Shown here: positions 48,976 to 57,703 of the stretch, piece after piece
Position numbering within the stretch: the first letter of the stretch is position 1
How the letters are laid out: each line of letters begins with the position of its first letter
Source of the DNA: a virus
Direction: 5' to 3' (one strand)
Length of the DNA: 64,000 nt
Virus record (IMG/VR): IMGVR_UViG_3300025018_000121
Location: 27,094-91,093 of that record
The notes under the pieces: model-generated
Databases searched by the model: none
What the model saw: only the letters and a program-made list of their open reading frames with translations
What the model was told of the DNA's origin: nothing
Translations under genes and position numbers: made by a program

Positions 48976-49548
48976 TTACTCTGCTGTGTTTGGATATGCA
49001 TCATCCTCGAAGAAAGGAACAGCAACATCTTCAATCATTTCGTTGATTTTAACAATAGAATTTTTACAATTAATTATATTTTCTTGTAAGTTAGAGAAAA
49101 GTTTTCTTTGTTCAGTTAACAACATCTTGATTGTAGAAATAACATCCGGCAGTAATCTAGCTTCCGCTCCAGTTTCTTCTTGTTCTTTCTCTCCAGAAAG
49201 TTGACAAGCCAGACTCTTAGAATTAGCACATAGATTTTCTAATTCTTCGTTCATGTATGAAAGATACTCTCTTAGGTCTACTAAAGAGTTTGGTACAGAA
49301 GTAAAATCGAATACGTCTTCCGGTTCGCTTTCACCATCAGATACGCTCCCTAAAAACCTTATAACTTCTTTTTCAAAGTTTCTACAGTCTCTTGTGAAAG
49401 TATGAAAGGTTAATTCTTCTTTTTCTTTTTCTTTTTCGGCAGGGTGGCATCTGAGCGCCTTACATTCCTGTAGTGTTTCTAGTATAGCAATCATATTTCT
49501 CTGTACAGAACTTTTTACCTTTTCATTAATTACGTCAATGTAGCTCAC
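48976..49548 (-). CDS. Acidic coiled-coil hypothetical protein
   Basis: ORF track, GGAG RBS. Confidence 0.6.
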   Translation of the reverse strand: MSYIDVINEKVKSSVQRNMIAILETLQECKALRCHPAEKEKEKEELTFHTFTRDCRNFEKEVIRFLGSVSDGESEPEDVFDFTSVPNSLVDLREYLSYMNEELENLCANSKSLACQLSGEKEQEETGAEARLLPDVISTIKMLLTEQRKLFSNLQENIINCKNSIVKINEMIEDVAVPFFEDDAYPNTAE

Positions 49549-50177
49549 TGTTCTCTCCTGTTTGCTTTTTGGTTTAGACTTGCTAATGAAGGAATGACTG
49601 CTGGCTTAGGTTCCTCTTCGTAAAAAACTTCTAAATTATCAAAAGTTGCTAAAGTATCTTTCAAAAGGTTTTGTAGTTTTACTAATTTTTCCTCAAGCTT
49701 ATAACAAGTTATATTAAATGCTTTAAATTTTGACTCTATACTATGAATCAAAGTGGTTTCAGCGTCCATTGATTTCCCTTTTTCTTCTTCGTAGTCGTCT
49801 TTTTCTACCCCTCCGTATTCCAAAGTAGATATTAGGTCTTGTGTTCTTTCAATTACCTTTTTTAGAATTTTATTAACAGTGTCAAAGTATTCGAGTGTAT
49901 ATAACAAAGACTCTTTTTCTACAGGCAAGTTCTCAATATCAGATAAGTCAGCCCTTTTGTAGTCACTGTTAGGATTTATAAAATTGAGTACGTACTCTTC
50001 CATGTTATTAAATGTAGAAACGAATTTTGGTAAAGAACTCGTTTCTACATTTTTGTCATCTTCTCCTTCACTGTCCCCACCTATTGAAAATATAATTGAT
50101 ACTTGAGTCTCCAATCTCAAAAACGTAAGATGTAGAAACTTTTCAACTCTTTCTGATACTTTCGTTTTCAAAGTCAT
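49545..50177 (-). CDS. Acidic coiled-coil hypothetical protein
   Basis: ORF track, GGAG RBS. Confidence 0.6.
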   Translation of the reverse strand: MTLKTKVSERVEKFLHLTFLRLETQVSIIFSIGGDSEGEDDKNVETSSLPKFVSTFNNMEEYVLNFINPNSDYKRADLSDIENLPVEKESLLYTLEYFDTVNKILKKVIERTQDLISTLEYGGVEKDDYEEEKGKSMDAETTLIHSIESKFKAFNITCYKLEEKLVKLQNLLKDTLATFDNLEVFYEEEPKPAVIPSLASLNQKANRREQ

Positions 50178-50410
50178 GCTTGTACTCCGTTAAGTTTAGG
50201 TGCTTTAGGTTTTAATGTTCGTGGCCATTTTAAATAATTTTTATACAGATAGAATCCTTTATATTCTTGAACAGGAAGCTGATTGTCTTCTGGTAAAGGT
50301 TTTTGGTTAAACCAATAACCTCTCCCTTCACAGCACTTTGGATACGCACCATCTTCCCTCTGTTTCATTTCGTGTCCACACTCAGCACAATACATTTTTT
50401 CATCCTTCAT
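50174..50410 (-). CDS. Small Cys-containing hypothetical protein
   Basis: CAEC...CC. Confidence 0.55.
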   Translation of the reverse strand: MKDEKMYCAECGHEMKQREDGAYPKCCEGRGYWFNQKPLPEDNQLPVQEYKGFYLYKNYLKWPRTLKPKAPKLNGVQA

Positions 50411-50895
50411 CGCATTACTCTTTGTATTGTGGTTTTAGTATCTACAAACTTTTCTAAGTCTAAAAAAGTTCTACTAAATAGAAGGTTTCTTGTGTCGAGT
50501 TCTTTTCCTTTATAAAGAGTATAGTTCTTTCTATAGTATTTGAAAGGACTCTCGCTTTGTTTAAACGCACCTCTGTACTTTTCCAGAAACTGTTTTTTAA
50601 CATCTTCTGAGCACATTGTTTTTAACAATATAATATTTTCTTTGTCTGAACACGGCATAAATAAATATTCAGCATCTTCTTGATTGTAGTAGTCTCTGCC
50701 TGTACAACCCGACGGATATACATAGTGCATACCAGAAACAAGATAAATAGAACTGATAGGGTGCTTTTTGCCGCAAGTGCATTTAATTAGTTTTCTACCT
50801 CTTAGTGTGTCTAGCATTTGCTTTAATAGAACCTGTTCCTCCTTTTTCTGCTCTATCAATTTTTCACATTTCTTTATAGTTCTGTCTAAGCTCAT
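50407..50895 (-). CDS. Hypothetical protein
   Basis: ORF track, GGAG RBS. Confidence 0.6.
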   Translation of the reverse strand: MSLDRTIKKCEKLIEQKKEEQVLLKQMLDTLRGRKLIKCTCGKKHPISSIYLVSGMHYVYPSGCTGRDYYNQEDAEYLFMPCSDKENIILLKTMCSEDVKKQFLEKYRGAFKQSESPFKYYRKNYTLYKGKELDTRNLLFSRTFLDLEKFVDTKTTIQRVMR

Positions 50896-50896
50896 A

Positions 50897-52114
50897 TCAA
50901 GTCTCCAACAGGTTTCTGATAGTTTCTTTTACATCAGGAGTTTTCAGCATTATAGTTTGTACAGTAGCTGGGATGAAAAGTTTCTCACTCTCAAAGTCAA
51001 CTTCACATTCGTAGAAGAACTCCAGAGCTTTTTTAACCACTGTGCTATCTACGTAACCAATTTCTTTGTTGAAGTCTACACGTCCGTCTCTTATTAAAGC
51101 ATCGTCTAATTTTTCAGGATGATTAGTTGTCATAATAACAACCAATCCATCAGGTGTAAAAGGCCCGTCTAAACAATTCAATAAAGTAGACAAGCTCATT
51201 TCTTGTTTTTCTTTTGGTTGTGCAACTTCGTTCTTACCATCTGTTTCTAAAGTCAAAGACTTCTCTTCCCTTTTACTTACAACGTTGAAAGAATCTACGT
51301 CTTCTATCAAAAGGATGCCTGTGTTTGTGTGCATGTAACTGAAAGCTTTAAGTAAGCTACTGTCATTTTGGATTGACGAAAGGCTCGCGGCATACAATTT
51401 TCTATCGAGCATTGAGGCTAAGTATAAAGCCAAGGAACTCTTTCCTGTACCCGGCGGGCCTTTGAATAAATAAACTCTTTTGTAAGGAATTCCTTTTTGT
51501 CTGTACCAGTCTTTCCTTTCTACAAAGTTTTTCAAATCTGCTTCTATTTCTTCTAGCTCCCCTGCATTAAAGAATAAACTCTCTCTCGCTCTACGTTCTT
51601 TTTCAGAATACTTACTCCACCACCCGTCCCAAATAAAAACAGGTGTTGTATCAGTATTTTTTGTTTTAATTGCTTCTTTAATAATACCCCGCATTAAGGC
51701 TGTTGAACGCCCTAAAGTTCTTAACTTAATTGTTTCTTCTGATTTTTTGCCTGCTGTTTCATTAAGGCTTCGAGAGACTAGAATAGGTTTTTTGTTGTGC
51801 CAAACAATATATGTTCCATAACCTATTCCATATTTAGGTTCTCCGTCTTCAACTGTATCACAAACCTTTACGTCTCGAATTTGATCCCTGATATTTTTAT
51901 TCATCCATTCTTCAAGATAGTAAAAAACGTCTGAAGTGTCTCTTACAGTCATGGAATAAGAAAACACTCTTTCTAATTTTCCATAAACAGTTCTAGGAAT
52001 ACCTTTAGCCAAGTACAAAGCAGACGCAAATATACTTGCACCCACTAAGCCTGAAAACATTTCGTTTGTTTGAAACTGAGTAAGAATCCAAGAATATATA
52101 ATATCAAACATCAC
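50897..52114 (-). CDS. BCS1-like AAA+ ATPase with N-terminal membrane anchor
   Basis: GIPYKR, GPPGTGKS, IEDVD, LSTLLNCLDG, TTNHPEKLDDALIRDGRVD. Confidence 0.9.
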   Translation of the reverse strand: MMFDIIYSWILTQFQTNEMFSGLVGASIFASALYLAKGIPRTVYGKLERVFSYSMTVRDTSDVFYYLEEWMNKNIRDQIRDVKVCDTVEDGEPKYGIGYGTYIVWHNKKPILVSRSLNETAGKKSEETIKLRTLGRSTALMRGIIKEAIKTKNTDTTPVFIWDGWWSKYSEKERRARESLFFNAGELEEIEADLKNFVERKDWYRQKGIPYKRVYLFKGPPGTGKSSLALYLASMLDRKLYAASLSSIQNDSSLLKAFSYMHTNTGILLIEDVDSFNVVSKREEKSLTLETDGKNEVAQPKEKQEMSLSTLLNCLDGPFTPDGLVVIMTTNHPEKLDDALIRDGRVDFNKEIGYVDSTVVKKALEFFYECEVDFESEKLFIPATVQTIMLKTPDVKETIRNLLET

Positions 52115-52124
52115 TCTCTTCCCT

Positions 52125-52301
52125 TCATTCGTAGCCTACAAAAATTCTTTTGTTGCACTTCGTACAACATTCGTAAATACGAACTGCGTGAAAGGTTTCA
52201 GTAGTTCCGTCTAGTTTATGTATAGTTACAGGCCCGTATCCTTCTTGTTTTTCAAATTCATGATTACAAAAGTGTTTTTTAAACTTTTCTACAATCCACA
52301 T
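52125..52301 (-). CDS. Small Zn-binding protein, 58 aa (not in the ORF track)
   Basis: MWIVEKFKKHFCNHEF...CTKCNK; fills the intergenic gap. Confidence 0.6.
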   Translation of the reverse strand: MWIVEKFKKHFCNHEFEKQEGYGPVTIHKLDGTTETFHAVRIYECCTKCNKRIFVGYE

Positions 52302-52311
52302 AAAAGTTACC

Positions 52312-52740
52312 TTAAAGTTTTTTAAGAATAGCTCTTGTAATGTCTCTTTCCTTATCTACTGTGGTTAGTCTCTCTCTTACTAAATTAGATTGTACGAATC
52401 CAATCCAACGTTGGCACTTAGCATTATCCATGTTGCCAAACCGAATTTGGTTACACATCCAGTAGGTGTGTTCCAAAGAATTTGGCTTCTCAGGTGTCCT
52501 TTCAGGAACAACGTTTATTTTATCTAACATACTTTCATAACGAGCACACAGAAACATTAACAGCGACTCGCTCTGTTTATATTCTGAAATCTTTCTAGTT
52601 GGAATATTTCCATTCTCAAGAGTATGTTTTAAGGTTTTTATCATTTCGGTTTTAGCACTAGGCAGATATTGAGTTTCATCTTCAAGTAATTCTACAATAA
52701 GTTGTACGTGTGCCCTATGCAACATAAATTCATTTAACAT
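52312..52740 (-). CDS. Hypothetical protein
   Basis: C-terminal H..WM...K.QRWIGFVQ motif. Confidence 0.6.
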   Translation of the reverse strand: MLNEFMLHRAHVQLIVELLEDETQYLPSAKTEMIKTLKHTLENGNIPTRKISEYKQSESLLMFLCARYESMLDKINVVPERTPEKPNSLEHTYWMCNQIRFGNMDNAKCQRWIGFVQSNLVRERLTTVDKERDITRAILKKL

Positions 52741-52741
52741 G

Positions 52742-53389
52742 TTATACCCTCACGTATTTACGAATCTCAAAGTTTTTAGGTTCGTTTTCTTGGGCCAGCT
52801 CTAAGCAATGATCTAAAGTAAACCCAGAAGGTTGAGTGTACAGAGCTACCTCATAATAATTGTAGTGATGTATTCTCTTAACAAGAGGCGAGAAAAAAGA
52901 AACTTTTTCTTTAACTTCGAGTACATTTTCAACAGGTGCTAAGAACACTTTAAGACTATCAAACTTCATTACAGTTACCCAAACTTCCGAGCACAAATCA
53001 ATGTAGTCTTTGTAAATTGATTCTCCACCAATAAACCAAACTGTATCAAGACTTTCAATGTCGCCTTTACTAGTTAAAAGTGCGATACCAATTAGAAGTC
53101 CCAAGTCCGCTTTAACTTTATCAGAATTTTTAAATCCGTTAGTGAATACAAGATTTTTATGTTCGTTGTCTACATTGTATTTTTCAGGTTGACGGGTTAT
53201 GACTATATTGAATCTATTAGGTAGTGGCTTGCTACCCATAGACTCAAATGTTTTTCTACCCATTACTACGATACAACCCGAAGTTTTTTCTTTAAAGTGT
53301 TTCATATCAGTAGAACACTTCCACGGAATCTGGTTATCTATTCCAATAACGCCTTGTAAGTCACAAGCTACGATCATTTTAAAATTCAT
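52742..53389 (-). CDS. folA: Dihydrofolate reductase
   Basis: IVA...VIG..NQIPW...DMKHFK..T, VMGRKTFES, PLPNR, IGG..IY. Confidence 0.95.
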   Translation of the reverse strand: MNFKMIVACDLQGVIGIDNQIPWKCSTDMKHFKEKTSGCIVVMGRKTFESMGSKPLPNRFNIVITRQPEKYNVDNEHKNLVFTNGFKNSDKVKADLGLLIGIALLTSKGDIESLDTVWFIGGESIYKDYIDLCSEVWVTVMKFDSLKVFLAPVENVLEVKEKVSFFSPLVKRIHHYNYYEVALYTQPSGFTLDHCLELAQENEPKNFEIRKYVRV

Positions 53390-53631
53390 TTCTGTTTCTC
53401 CAATAACCTTCTTGCAAATCCCGGCCTGTTTGCCGTTTCATAAAGGTGACGTGCGATTACAATACCAAAAACTTTATGGCCAATATTAGAAATGTACTTT
53501 CTTTTATTCTTAGACATTCTTGGTCTTCTTGAACTTACTTGAAGACTTGTTACGTACTCATACTCGGCAACCACTATCTTTTCTTTATCGTTTAGTTTCA
53601 GCTCTGGATAATAATCTTTAAGAATTTCCAT
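53386..53631 (-). CDS. Hypothetical protein
   Basis: ORF track, operon packing. Confidence 0.55.
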   Translation of the reverse strand: MEILKDYYPELKLNDKEKIVVAEYEYVTSLQVSSRRPRMSKNKRKYISNIGHKVFGIVIARHLYETANRPGFARRLLEKQK

Positions 53632-53639
53632 GTCTATTT

Positions 53640-54134
53640 TTATCTCCGTCTACGTGACTTAATTCTGTCCTGTGATTGTTTACGTTCTTCTAGTATTCTA
53701 AAACAATATTCTTCATCACTCTCAGTTACTTTTTCAGTAGTCTTTTCGGTATGCTCATAAGTCATACGCAAGAAAGTTTTATTAGTGCTCTGGTCGTAGA
53801 CAATGCTTGTTTTAAATTTATCAGGCAACTTTTCAAAATCCTTTTTGGTATTATCCTTACATATTTCAATTTCCTTTGTTTCCCTTACAACTTTAATTTT
53901 TTCTACACTATTTAATCTAGGCCAGTTTTTAAACTCAACTATGAAATTGTTATCTTTGGGGCCAAGAAGCTTTTCTTTATTAAGTTCGAGTTTCAATTCT
54001 CTAAAAGATTGTGCTTGCATAAAAGTTTCGTGGTTAACAACCCGTTTGTCAAAACTGTAACGCCTTTCTATTTCTTTCAAAATGTTAGTAACCGTTCTAC
54101 TCGCATAAATTACTTTAGTGTCTGAGTTAATCAT
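53640..54134 (-). CDS. Hypothetical protein
   Basis: ORF track, operon packing. Confidence 0.6.
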   Translation of the reverse strand: MINSDTKVIYASRTVTNILKEIERRYSFDKRVVNHETFMQAQSFRELKLELNKEKLLGPKDNNFIVEFKNWPRLNSVEKIKVVRETKEIEICKDNTKKDFEKLPDKFKTSIVYDQSTNKTFLRMTYEHTEKTTEKVTESDEEYCFRILEERKQSQDRIKSRRRR

Positions 54135-54535
54135 TTGCTATTATCCTTTATTTCTTTCCATTGACCTTCAAAAACTAAAGAGCCTTCATTTGTGTACAGA
54201 CTATCAACTTGAAGTATCTTAATGGGAACTGTAGTGTTCCGGTATTGAAAAACTTCCTCAATAAGTTGATCCTCACTAGTAGCAAAGGCCAATGAGTTTC
54301 CGTACCTAATTACATTGAAAAGAAACCTCATTAAACTTTCTAATTTTTCAGCGTTATAGTTTTTGAAGTTATTCTGTACATACTCTTTAACAGCGTTTCG
54401 GTGGCCTTCCGTTAAATTAAACATGCCTAGACTTTCTATAAAATGGATTAGGGAATTCAAGTCACTCCAGTAAGTTTTAGCCATACAAAAACAACTGCGA
54501 GTATTAAGATCACAAAGATAAGAATTACTAGACAT
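54131..54535 (-). CDS. Hypothetical protein
   Basis: GAGG RBS. Confidence 0.6.
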   Translation of the reverse strand: MSSNSYLCDLNTRSCFCMAKTYWSDLNSLIHFIESLGMFNLTEGHRNAVKEYVQNNFKNYNAEKLESLMRFLFNVIRYGNSLAFATSEDQLIEEVFQYRNTTVPIKILQVDSLYTNEGSLVFEGQWKEIKDNSK

Positions 54536-54551
54536 TTTTCTTTCCTCAATT

Positions 54552-54592
54552 TGGCGCGCCCAGCAGGACTCGAACCTGCAACCTACGGCTTA
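54552..54592 (-). pseudogene. 3' half of a split canonical tRNA-Arg gene
   Basis: TAA-GCCGT-AGGTT-GCAGG-TTCGAGT-CCTGC-TGGGCGC-G-CCA; acceptor strand pairs perfectly with 55139-55145. Confidence 0.9.
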
Positions 54593-55015
54593 TCTATTTA
54601 GTTGTATCTTCCTACTGGCAATACCATTACACCTTCTACTACACTTAGGTACTGTCCCTTTCTTTATTTGATTAACATACTTTATAAATTTTTTATTACA
54701 CACAGGACAAATTAACTTGGCCTGTTTTCTCTTAGGTCTTTCTAAAAGCGTCTTGGCTAAATGTTCTTTCTTAGAAAGAACTTGCAAGTTCTTTGACCTG
54801 TCATTGGTTTTGTCTCCGTCTATATGGTCAATCTCATATTTTGACGGTATTATCTTTCCTGTTTTTACTGAGAGTTTGTACCTAGCGTATGATATAGTTG
54901 TTCTATCTTTATTAGAATTGAATAAATCAACTCTTTTTCTTCCATCTTTTTTGCTTTCTCTTAGATACCCAGATTTCCATTTCTCTTTAAATGGACTTTT
55001 TAGTTTTATTTTCAC
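54590..55015 (-). CDS. HNH homing endonuclease with C-terminal Zn finger, inserted in the tRNA-Arg gene
   Basis: EIDHIDGDKTND...NLQVLS..EH; CPVC...CSRRC; GAGG RBS before GTG 55015. Confidence 0.88.
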   Translation of the reverse strand: MKIKLKSPFKEKWKSGYLRESKKDGRKRVDLFNSNKDRTTISYARYKLSVKTGKIIPSKYEIDHIDGDKTNDRSKNLQVLSKKEHLAKTLLERPKRKQAKLICPVCNKKFIKYVNQIKKGTVPKCSRRCNGIASRKIQLNR

Positions 55016-55030
55016 AGGCACCTCTATAAA

Positions 55031-55109
55031 TGGCGGGAGTGGTGGGACTCGAACCCACATTGATCCTATTACGGGACTACAGCTTAGAAGGCTGTTCCGA
55101 TACACCCCC
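55031..55109 (-). tRNA. Non-canonical D-armless tRNA-Arg(UCU)-like gene with long variable arm
   Basis: GGGGGTG/CACTCCC acceptor, TA, TCGGA in place of the D arm, ACAGC-CTTCTAA-GCTGT, 20-nt variable region, GTGGG-TTCGAGT-CCCAC, G-CCA. Confidence 0.8.
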
Positions 55110-55115
55110 TTTTAA

Positions 55116-55145
55116 CGTTGCTCTATCCAATTGAGCTATGGGCGC
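55116..55145 (-). pseudogene. 5' half of the split canonical tRNA-Arg gene
   Basis: GCGCCCA-TA-GCTC-AATTGGATA-GAGC-A-ACG; TGTAAAGTA motif 7 nt upstream. Confidence 0.9.
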
Positions 55146-55168
55146 TTTGATTTACTTTACAGAACTGC

Positions 55169-55543
55169 TTAAAAAGGTATTTCGTCGTCATAAAGTCCGT
55201 TTTCTTCTAAAATCTTTTTTAATTTCTCATTCTTTGATTCCAGTTCGTAAATTCTTAGGTGCAGCTCGTCCCTGTAGTTTTTATTCCCTGTAGGGTCTAG
55301 TATCTTTATCCACATTTCTGTTCTTTCTGAAAACATTTCTTGCATTTCTTTGTCTTGTATAAAAGCTACAACGTGTCTTAGGTCGTAAGCACAACGTAAA
55401 GCATTTTTTGAAAGCAAACGGTATCTTTCAGCCAGTACACTAAAAGGTGTATTGCACAGTTGCCATACGGTTACAAAACGTCTAATGGACATGGAAACCT
55501 CTAGGTCTTTCCATTTTTGAAATGCAGACATGATCCATAGCAA
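55169..55543 (-). CDS. Hypothetical protein ending in DDEIPF
   Basis: ORF track; true start may be further downstream. Confidence 0.55.
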   Translation of the reverse strand: MLWIMSAFQKWKDLEVSMSIRRFVTVWQLCNTPFSVLAERYRLLSKNALRCAYDLRHVVAFIQDKEMQEMFSERTEMWIKILDPTGNKNYRDELHLRIYELESKNEKLKKILEENGLYDDEIPF

Positions 55544-55841
55544 ATATGTGCGCGTAATCGGTTACTTGATAAATCTTGTTCACCGCTGTTACTTTATAAC
55601 CTTCCTTAGTTTTTGTTATTTTTGTAATAGTTAATTTTTCTCCATAGTCCTTATGCTGCCACACGCTACCAACACCAGCATCTAAAACAAGTTTTTCATA
55701 ACTACATTTAATGCACGTAAGACCTTTTACGTTACGTTCGCCAAAGCCACCTGAAACTATTTTATGACATGTGTTACACACAAAGCTATTGTTGAGTTGC
55801 GCATACCATTCTTTAAAAAATTTAGTAAATGAATTTTTCAT
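55482..55841 (-). CDS. Hypothetical Zn-finger protein
   Basis: CNTC...CIKC. Confidence 0.55.
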   Translation of the reverse strand: MKNSFTKFFKEWYAQLNNSFVCNTCHKIVSGGFGERNVKGLTCIKCSYEKLVLDAGVGSVWQHKDYGEKLTITKITKTKEGYKVTAVNKIYQVTDYAHIFAMDHVCISKMERPRGFHVH

Positions 55842-55963
55842 ATTCTTTAATCCTTCTGTTTGAGATTCTACGTCTATGTGCGCTTGAAAAAATAAGCAGA
55901 GCTAAAGCACACCACACAAAGTTTATCGCGTATAAATAACCAACTAAGATGAAACAAAATAAA

Positions 55964-56242
55964 TTAAAGATGTTCATCTATCTGACCTTCCTTGCTGACG
56001 TGACTAAATTTCATTACTTGGCAATTGTTGCAAACTTTATACCAGCTTTGAGTTCCTTCTACACCCTTGCCGTCTTCTTTCATCATCATTCCCTTTTTAC
56101 CACTGACGTATCTAAAATTGTGTCTACCGAAAGTACACTTCAAACCTTTAGTATCAAGATCTTTCATTAGGCTTGCAATCAAAGGAGACATTAGAAGAAA
56201 CATTATTACTGCGTATGCGTAAATGTCATTTAGGTTTTCCAT
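55964..56242 (-). CDS. Small membrane-anchored Zn-binding protein
   Basis: TM helix, C..GRH...CNNC; GGAGG RBS. Confidence 0.55.
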   Translation of the reverse strand: MENLNDIYAYAVIMFLLMSPLIASLMKDLDTKGLKCTFGRHNFRYVSGKKGMMMKEDGKGVEGTQSWYKVCNNCQVMKFSHVSKEGQIDEHL

Positions 56243-56539
56243 TCAGTCCTCCAAAGACTTTAAGTCAGTATCACTAGCTAAATCTCTAATAATGTCGTTT
56301 CTATTGTAAGTAAGGTAACTCACAATCTGTTTTTGATTAACTTCTAGAAAACTAATTATCTTTCTTGCTTTGTCGTGCCAGCAATCGCAGTAGTCTACGT
56401 AGTCTTTATTTTCGATTCTTACGTATCCGTAGTCATACAAATCATTTTCTTCAAAAACCTTGCCACAACTACACACAGCATCAGGCCCAAAAATTCCAAG
56501 GTGAAAAGCTCGATTGAAATTATTTAGTTTGCTATCCAT
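56243..56539 (-). CDS. Hypothetical protein
   Basis: CSC...CDC. Confidence 0.55.
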   Translation of the reverse strand: MDSKLNNFNRAFHLGIFGPDAVCSCGKVFEENDLYDYGYVRIENKDYVDYCDCWHDKARKIISFLEVNQKQIVSYLTYNRNDIIRDLASDTDLKSLED

Positions 56540-56933
56540 TTTTAGGCTTTCCTTTCTGAAAATCCCACTTCATAACTTTTAGCTTCATAGACTCTGCTGT
56601 ATCTTTATCTACATGCAATGTCGTAAGGTCAGCATACTTAGGAGTCAATTGGTTCTGCTGCTTATCCTTTTCCTTTGTCTTCTTATATTTTACTGCGTAG
56701 TAAACCCAAGTTGAATTGACTACTGCCAAGAATACTGCCGCAAGCATACTGAAAGTTTGTTCAAGACTTCCGTAGTAAAGAATATTCCAAAACCCCCAAA
56801 CCGAAAAGAAAATAAAAGGCGCTATATGAACGCCTTTGACTTGCTTGTGTTTACGAATTTCCATTACGTTTAACAAATTGATAAATGCACCCGCCAGTTC
56901 AAATGAAGCATTTACAAGATCAAACATAACCAT
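56532..56933 (-). CDS. PQ-loop/SemiSWEET-like three-helix membrane protein
   Basis: Three hydrophobic helices, K.VKGV, WGFWN..YY. Confidence 0.55.
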   Translation of the reverse strand: MVMFDLVNASFELAGAFINLLNVMEIRKHKQVKGVHIAPFIFFSVWGFWNILYYGSLEQTFSMLAAVFLAVVNSTWVYYAVKYKKTKEKDKQQNQLTPKYADLTTLHVDKDTAESMKLKVMKWDFQKGKPKNG

Positions 56934-56936
56934 AAG

Positions 56937-57695
56937 TTACCCCTTTCTTTTCTTTTGTATAAGACATGCAGTAATAAAGGAATCCGAATTTTTTCCTTTA
57001 TTTCTAGGAAGCTTGCCCCTTTTATATTTGTTCATGTTTGCTTCGTAATATGACACCAACGAAACTTTTCTTCTCGGGAACATACTAAAGACAATATTAT
57101 TTTGGGTAGTCCTTACGAACTCTTTAAACTTTTCCTCTCTGTCCATCTGTTCCTGAGTAATTCGAGGTATGCTATTCTTGTCAGCGAAGAATTCTAGGGG
57201 TACACCTAAAGCCTGCGCTATGTAGTTCCCATACTCAAATAGAAATACCTCATATTCAGATAGGTTAGTTCCTTGTTTAGTAAAAGGAAGAATGTTCACA
57301 CAACACCCCCCAAAGTTTCTATATACAAACAACGGCTTCAATGTAAAAATTCTATGGTGCAGCCTGTCATGTATAGGCGTTGTGTACCTATCTTTTCTTT
57401 CTGAATAAAGTTTTTCAATTTCTTTAGTAAGCTCAACAGGGTTTACACTGTACACCCATTTTTTATAATACTTACTATACCTTCTAGTTACCAAAGTTTC
57501 TTTCTTTAAAGCTTTTTCGATCAAGCTTTTATTGCTGAAATTTGCTTTATGTTCATGTAATGAATAGTAGATCATGTCCATGTTTATAGGTATAGAAAAA
57601 GTTTCATTTCTTTTAACGCAAAGATCGGAGTAGTGTCCAAGCCTAACACAACTGTATGTATCAAGTAAGGCGCTCAACAAAAGAAACCTATCCAT
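56937..57695 (-). CDS. Hypothetical protein
   Basis: GAGGT RBS, 252 aa. Confidence 0.6.
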   Translation of the reverse strand: MDRFLLLSALLDTYSCVRLGHYSDLCVKRNETFSIPINMDMIYYSLHEHKANFSNKSLIEKALKKETLVTRRYSKYYKKWVYSVNPVELTKEIEKLYSERKDRYTTPIHDRLHHRIFTLKPLFVYRNFGGCCVNILPFTKQGTNLSEYEVFLFEYGNYIAQALGVPLEFFADKNSIPRITQEQMDREEKFKEFVRTTQNNIVFSMFPRRKVSLVSYYEANMNKYKRGKLPRNKGKNSDSFITACLIQKKRKG

Positions 57696-57703
57696 AAATC
57701 ACC

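Noticed and set aside
54552-54592. Integrase att-site duplication of a tRNA 3' end
   Set aside because: No integrase in view, and the inner tRNA is not a near-identical repeat of the 3' half
54590-55105. Track ORF of 171 aa for the HNH gene
   Set aside because: Its first 30 codons run through the inner tRNA; GTG 55015 with a GAGG RBS is the more plausible start
54593-55115. Group I intron in the tRNA-Arg anticodon loop
   Set aside because: No P/Q/R/S core, no room outside the tRNA-like gene and ORF, and six exon nucleotides are missing
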